A stretch of DNA of 64,000 bases from Eledone cirrhosa (taxonomy: Eukaryota). Each line of letters begins with the position of its first letter. Position 1 is the stretch's first letter. The notes beneath the pieces are model-generated. The model was not told the DNA's origin. It did no database searches and worked only from the letters and a program-made list of their open reading frames with translations. The position numbers and the translations under genes are program-made. Below are positions 59,817 through 64,000 of this stretch, piece after piece. The stretch is taken from assembly GCA_964016885.1 (NCBI GenBank), contig OZ024741.1, positions 123,752,001 to 123,816,000 on the forward strand. Reading direction: 5' to 3'.

Positions 59817-62800
59817 CTACAGAACAATGTAGAGAGAAGGCCCATTTACACGAGCCATTCTCGCTTCTTTCACCCACCTTTCATAAAACTGTCTGGGGCC
59901 AAGCACTTCTCTCTCTATCCTGATCCTTCTTCCGAAGTGTTATCGGAAGAAGTAAACCAGGTGATGGCTGGAGAGAAAGTCACCCGACCTCAGACCTTTC
60001 AGGCGCGTCCACCACACAACCTCTTTCATCATGGCTATTACGCACAGAAAGACCGCCTCTGCTTCATTTCTGAAGGGAGGAGGCGGCTTGATGTTCACCA
60101 CAGACTCGGCGGTCAATCGAATCGGCGCCACACGCGACAGCAGTCGTTCGACGTAGCCCCACAGATCGGCAACGCCCGGGCAGTGTACCAGTGCATGCGC
60201 AACGGTTTCCTCGTCGCGCACGCATCTGGGACAGATCTTTTTCGCTGGATCCCTGCCCGGGCGCCCGTGTCTGTAGAGCTTTTCTCGAACGGGTAGAGCC
60301 CCCCGGTAACACTGCCAGGCTAGGGACCTCTGGAAGTTGTCCATGGGTCCCGGGCCGAAAGTTCTACCGAACAGGCTGGCCAATTCGTCCTCCTCCATGC
60401 CTAGCGACTCTCCAAGGGTGTCGTCGCCCCTGCTAGCCACCAGCCCTCTATAGAATGTCGAGGTGGATTCTCCACTGATAGTCGGGTCCGCTTGCCAGAT
60501 AGCCGTGAGCGCCTGGGCACACTCGGTGTGCCAGTTGCCCAGTTTTCTCGGTCTTTGCTTCACCCAGGATTGCAGCTCGGTGAGCGAGACGAGCTGTGGG
60601 AAGGCTCGCCTCACAAACGGGGCCCACACCGGCTGACCGGTGAGGAATACCTGTAGATGCCGTAGCCTCAATGCGTGCCTACGCATCAACAGCCACGGCG
60701 TACCCAGCCCTCCTTTAGAAGGGTGCTGGCAGTAGATGGATCTCCTCACCATGGGAGGCCGCTTCTTCTAGAGGAACTGGAAGAGCATGCGTTCCATGAT
60801 GGTGAGTTTTTCCTTGGGGAAAGGCACGACGGTCAGGCGGTAGTAGATGACGGACGCTATGTAAGCGTTCGTCACCTCCGCCCAACCTTTCAGTGATAGT
60901 TTGCACTTGGCCCACTTCTGGGTCAGCGCAAACACCCTGCTCGTCACCTCGCCCCAATTCTTCTCCACCTCGAGGTCCGGTCCGAACCAAACCCCGAGCA
61001 GCTTCACCGGGCCCTCCGTCCACCGCCCGACGACACCGTCTAACGGCATCGGTTTGCCCCTCCATGTTCCGAGTTGCAAACCGACTGACTTGTCCCGGTT
61101 CAGCCTAGCCCCCGTCAGCCTTTCGTATTCCTCCAGTAGGGTGGCGATCGCCCCGATTTCCGAGGCGTCCGCCACCATTACTGTTACGTCGTCGGCATAG
61201 GCCGAGACCGCTTTGTGCAATCCCGGTTCCAGGGGTATGCCCCGCAGCAACTCCAACTTCCGCAGCAGTGGCTCGAGAGTCAATACGTACAGAAGGGAGG
61301 AGAGGACCCCCCCCCCCCTGTCTGATGGACCGGGTGATTGAAACGGCTCCGAGAGGTAGCCGTTTACTTTAATCCTAGAGTAGATGTTGCCACTGTGCAT
61401 GGCAGAAACCAGCCCCTGAAAACGGGTCCGAAGCCCGCCGCCGCTAGCACCGCATCCAGGTAACCATGGTCGACCCTATCGAACGCCTTAGATTGATCCA
61501 AGTTGATCAGGGCCCCACCAAAGCCAGGTTCCTTGCCAACCCTCTCTATGATGTATCGCATGAGGTGGAGGTTGTCGTGAACGGACCTGGACGGGATAGC
61601 GCATGTCTGCGCGTCTCCCACCAAACCACCCACCACAAGCGCCAACCTCTTCGCCAACACCTTGGCCAAAATCTGTAACTCTGCATTCAGCAGAGTTATG
61701 GGCCTAAAGTTACTTAAGTCGTTCCCCTTGCTCTCGTCCTTCCTCACTAGCGTGACCACGCCCTTGGTCACACGACAGGGAATTCTCCCGTTCTGTTGCC
61801 AGTTGCAATTGACAGCCTCGAGGAGTTCGGAGAACAAGACCGGCATAGCTAAATAAAGTTCGTATGGTAGACCATCGAGACCCGGAGATTTGCGTCTGCT
61901 GCATTGGCTGAGCGCTTCCCCGATTTCAGTGGCTGTGATTGGCCTTTCGCAGCACTCCGCTTCGCCGCTCGAAAGACGCGGTAGACCGTCGAGGTATGGA
62001 CCGAAGTCCACATCCCCGTCCGGCCCCCCGCCCCCTCCAAACAGTCGAGCAAAGTGCCTTTGAAAGGCCTCACACATCCGCTCAGGTTCAGGGATCACCC
62101 GTCGATCCTGGTCTCGCAAAGACCGAATGGTGGATTTAATCCCACTCTTGGCTTCTGTCACGCGGGCCTAGCTAACAGCTTTGGTTCCCTCGTTTCCTAA
62201 AGCACGTATTTTACTTCGGTCAACGCAGCCTTCGTGCTTCGCGTCAAAGAACTGGCTCAACGCCGTTCTCGCCGCTAACACTCTGGCCACGTCTCCGCTC
62301 CTAATCGCCTCTTCTAGTTTATCTGTTAACTCCCTTTCCTTCCTATTTCTATTCGCCGCTAGTTCCTTACTGTAACCTAGCGAACTTACTCTAATCTCTC
62401 TCTTTAGAGATACCCACCACCTGCTGTTGACGATCGCTCCCGTCAACCGCATCTTAACTAAGCTACTAATCCGGTTCCTGTAATCTTTCTTTGCCGGCAA
62501 GGACAAGTTCATCTTCCAGTAACCGGGACCCTGTCTATGCGTTCTATCAAGGTTGACCACGCAGGTCACTAATTTGTGATCTGAATAGCCAACCATGATC
62601 AATTCTGGACAACTAAATACGTCCCTATCCTTACTCCTAACCCAAAACCTATCTAGGTACGATCTAGATTGTCCACTGCGGTTTGCCCAGGTCCAGGTTG
62701 GCGCAGTTGGACAATCTAGTCGAAATCTATCGACCAGGTCGAATCGATCGAGTAACCCCTTGAGGTTGCTACACCCCCTCTATCGGGACATGCCCCTGCA

Positions 62801-63253
62801 TAGTCCCAACGCGCATCTAGGATTCCATTCCAGTCCCCCACTAAAAGCAGGGAACGCGACGTTCCTAGAAAAGTCTCCAGACGCTGGAAGAAGTCGGCTC
62901 TTTCAGCCCCGAAGGGGGCATAAAGACCGACCAGTCTGAAAGCCCCGCCTTCACCGCCTCCGACGTCCAGCACCAGTAATCGACCCCCCGGGTCCGAGTG
63001 AACAATCTGTACGTCGAGAGCCAGACGTTTATCCAGCAGTATGGCAACTCCCCCCCCCCCCCCCGCCTCCGGGTTGACAGAGAGATGCGTGCATCTCAAA
63101 GTCATCGAAGGCGGGAGCCAGCTGTCGCACGCTGCTGATCCGACTCTCGCAAACAACCATCACATCTATACTTCGTGACCTGAGGTCACTTAGAAGCTTT
63201 GCTTGCTTCCAAGCTGAGCCCAGGCCATGCGCGTTCAAACAGCCAACTCTCAA
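59817..63253 (-). pseudogene. LINE ORF2 (APE endonuclease, RT, C-terminal zinc finger), disrupted
   Basis: CLNAHGL, GLYAP, GDWNG, YSDH, KSPGLDG, FRPITLLN, DQSKAFDRVDH, YADD (about 61190), CPRC..ETVAHALVHC; several frameshifts and in-frame stops (62168, 60768, 59940). Confidence 0.92.
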
Positions 63254-63258
63254 TTGAT

Positions 63259-64000
63259 CTATTTTGGTGTTGAAAGTGAAGAAAGAAAAGCACCTACCTC
63301 TCCGGGTTGTGTAATTTCCATGGCATCAGGTGTGTTGGGTGGAGGGATGTTTTGTGGTGGTGTGGGGGTACCCGAGTGTGGTGGGGTTGGGGTATTTGGA
63401 GTTGTGTCAGGGAGAGGGGTGGTTATGGGGAAATCTTTCAAGAGGACGCGATTTAACGGTTTTAAACAGGGGGGGCTCACGTCCTGTCTAAATTGTTCTT
63501 TTAAGGAACGATAAAGGTCCAGAGGGACTTTTATCATTTTTAAATGGGTGAAGTTCTCTGTTGAGATAAAGTTTGGCCCTTCGGTCTGCACCAAAGGGCT
63601 ATTGTTTATTAATTTAAACAGTTTTTTGTTTTCTTTATTTATATATGTGTATTGCAACGTCTTTTTTTGTGATGCTGTCAATGTTTCGGAAAGGGGAGGC
63701 GCAGATTTAATTTTGTTTGTTGAGGGTGGGGTGTTTTTGATTGGAGTTGGTGTTTGTGTGTGGGTTATTTGTGGTGTGCTGGGTGTGTGCTTTCTTTTTT
63801 TACCTTTAACTTGTCTGAAGGCTTCTCCTCCTTCTTCTTCAGAAGTTGGGGGAAACTCTTCAGCGCTAGGTGGGAGGGACGTGGTGTCTGGTTGTTTTTT
63901 TTTGCGGGAGGGGTAGATTTGTTGCTGCTTTGTTTGTTATTTGTTTGGAATGCGTTTTGTGGTGGTGGTGGTGGTGGTGATGTTTGTGTCGTGCTTGTGG
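63259..64000 (-). CDS. LINE ORF1 C-terminal part (partial, Pro/Thr/Lys-rich)
   Basis: Open frame ending a few bases before ORF2, the typical Tx1 layout. Confidence 0.65.

Larger units (their letters stand above)
59520..64000 (-). mobile_element. Tx1/L1-clade LINE, 5' end outside the window, 3' end running into (TATC)n
   Basis: ORF1 tail, ORF2 with APE-RT-zinc finger, and a 3'UTR ending gtgggaaataaatagaaa(tcta)n. Confidence 0.92.

Noticed and set aside
59817-63253. Intact, active LINE ORF2 broken only by homopolymer sequencing errors
   Set aside because: Besides the poly-C runs there are in-frame stops and other frameshifts, so this copy is disabled

Overview
Eukaryotic, very AT-rich DNA crowded with microsatellites. 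The SINE families and repeat density suggest an octopus or other cephalopod intergenic or intronic region (inference). I found no convincing host protein-coding gene; almost all ORFs in the track are microsatellite artefacts. Decayed autonomous elements are present: a near-full-length Tx1/L1-type LINE (59.5-64 kb, minus), a second fragmented Tx1 copy (42.7-48.7 kb), a Penelope-like element (PLE, RT + GIY-YIG) with inverted pseudo-LTRs (32.2-35.1 kb), and CR1, R4/Dong-type, Tc1/mariner, hAT and Helitron remnants, plus many tRNA-derived SINEs. The main hidden signal is non-coding. About twenty type I hammerhead ribozyme (HHR) motifs, intact or degenerate, lie in at least seven short repeat families, most of them unrelated in sequence. 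Most of these elements sit in (TA)n/(CA)n tracts, and many form divergent fold-backs like the PLE. Two related families form ~434 and ~468 bp tandem monomers delimited by HHRs (retrozyme-like) and carry an ATGCAAAT octamer. Several families share a covarying ACTC/GAGT (or GCTC/GAGC) 3' hairpin with the PLE. Together this looks like a set of ribozyme-processed, PLE-mobilised parasitic RNAs. All RNA structures were paired by eye and not computed.
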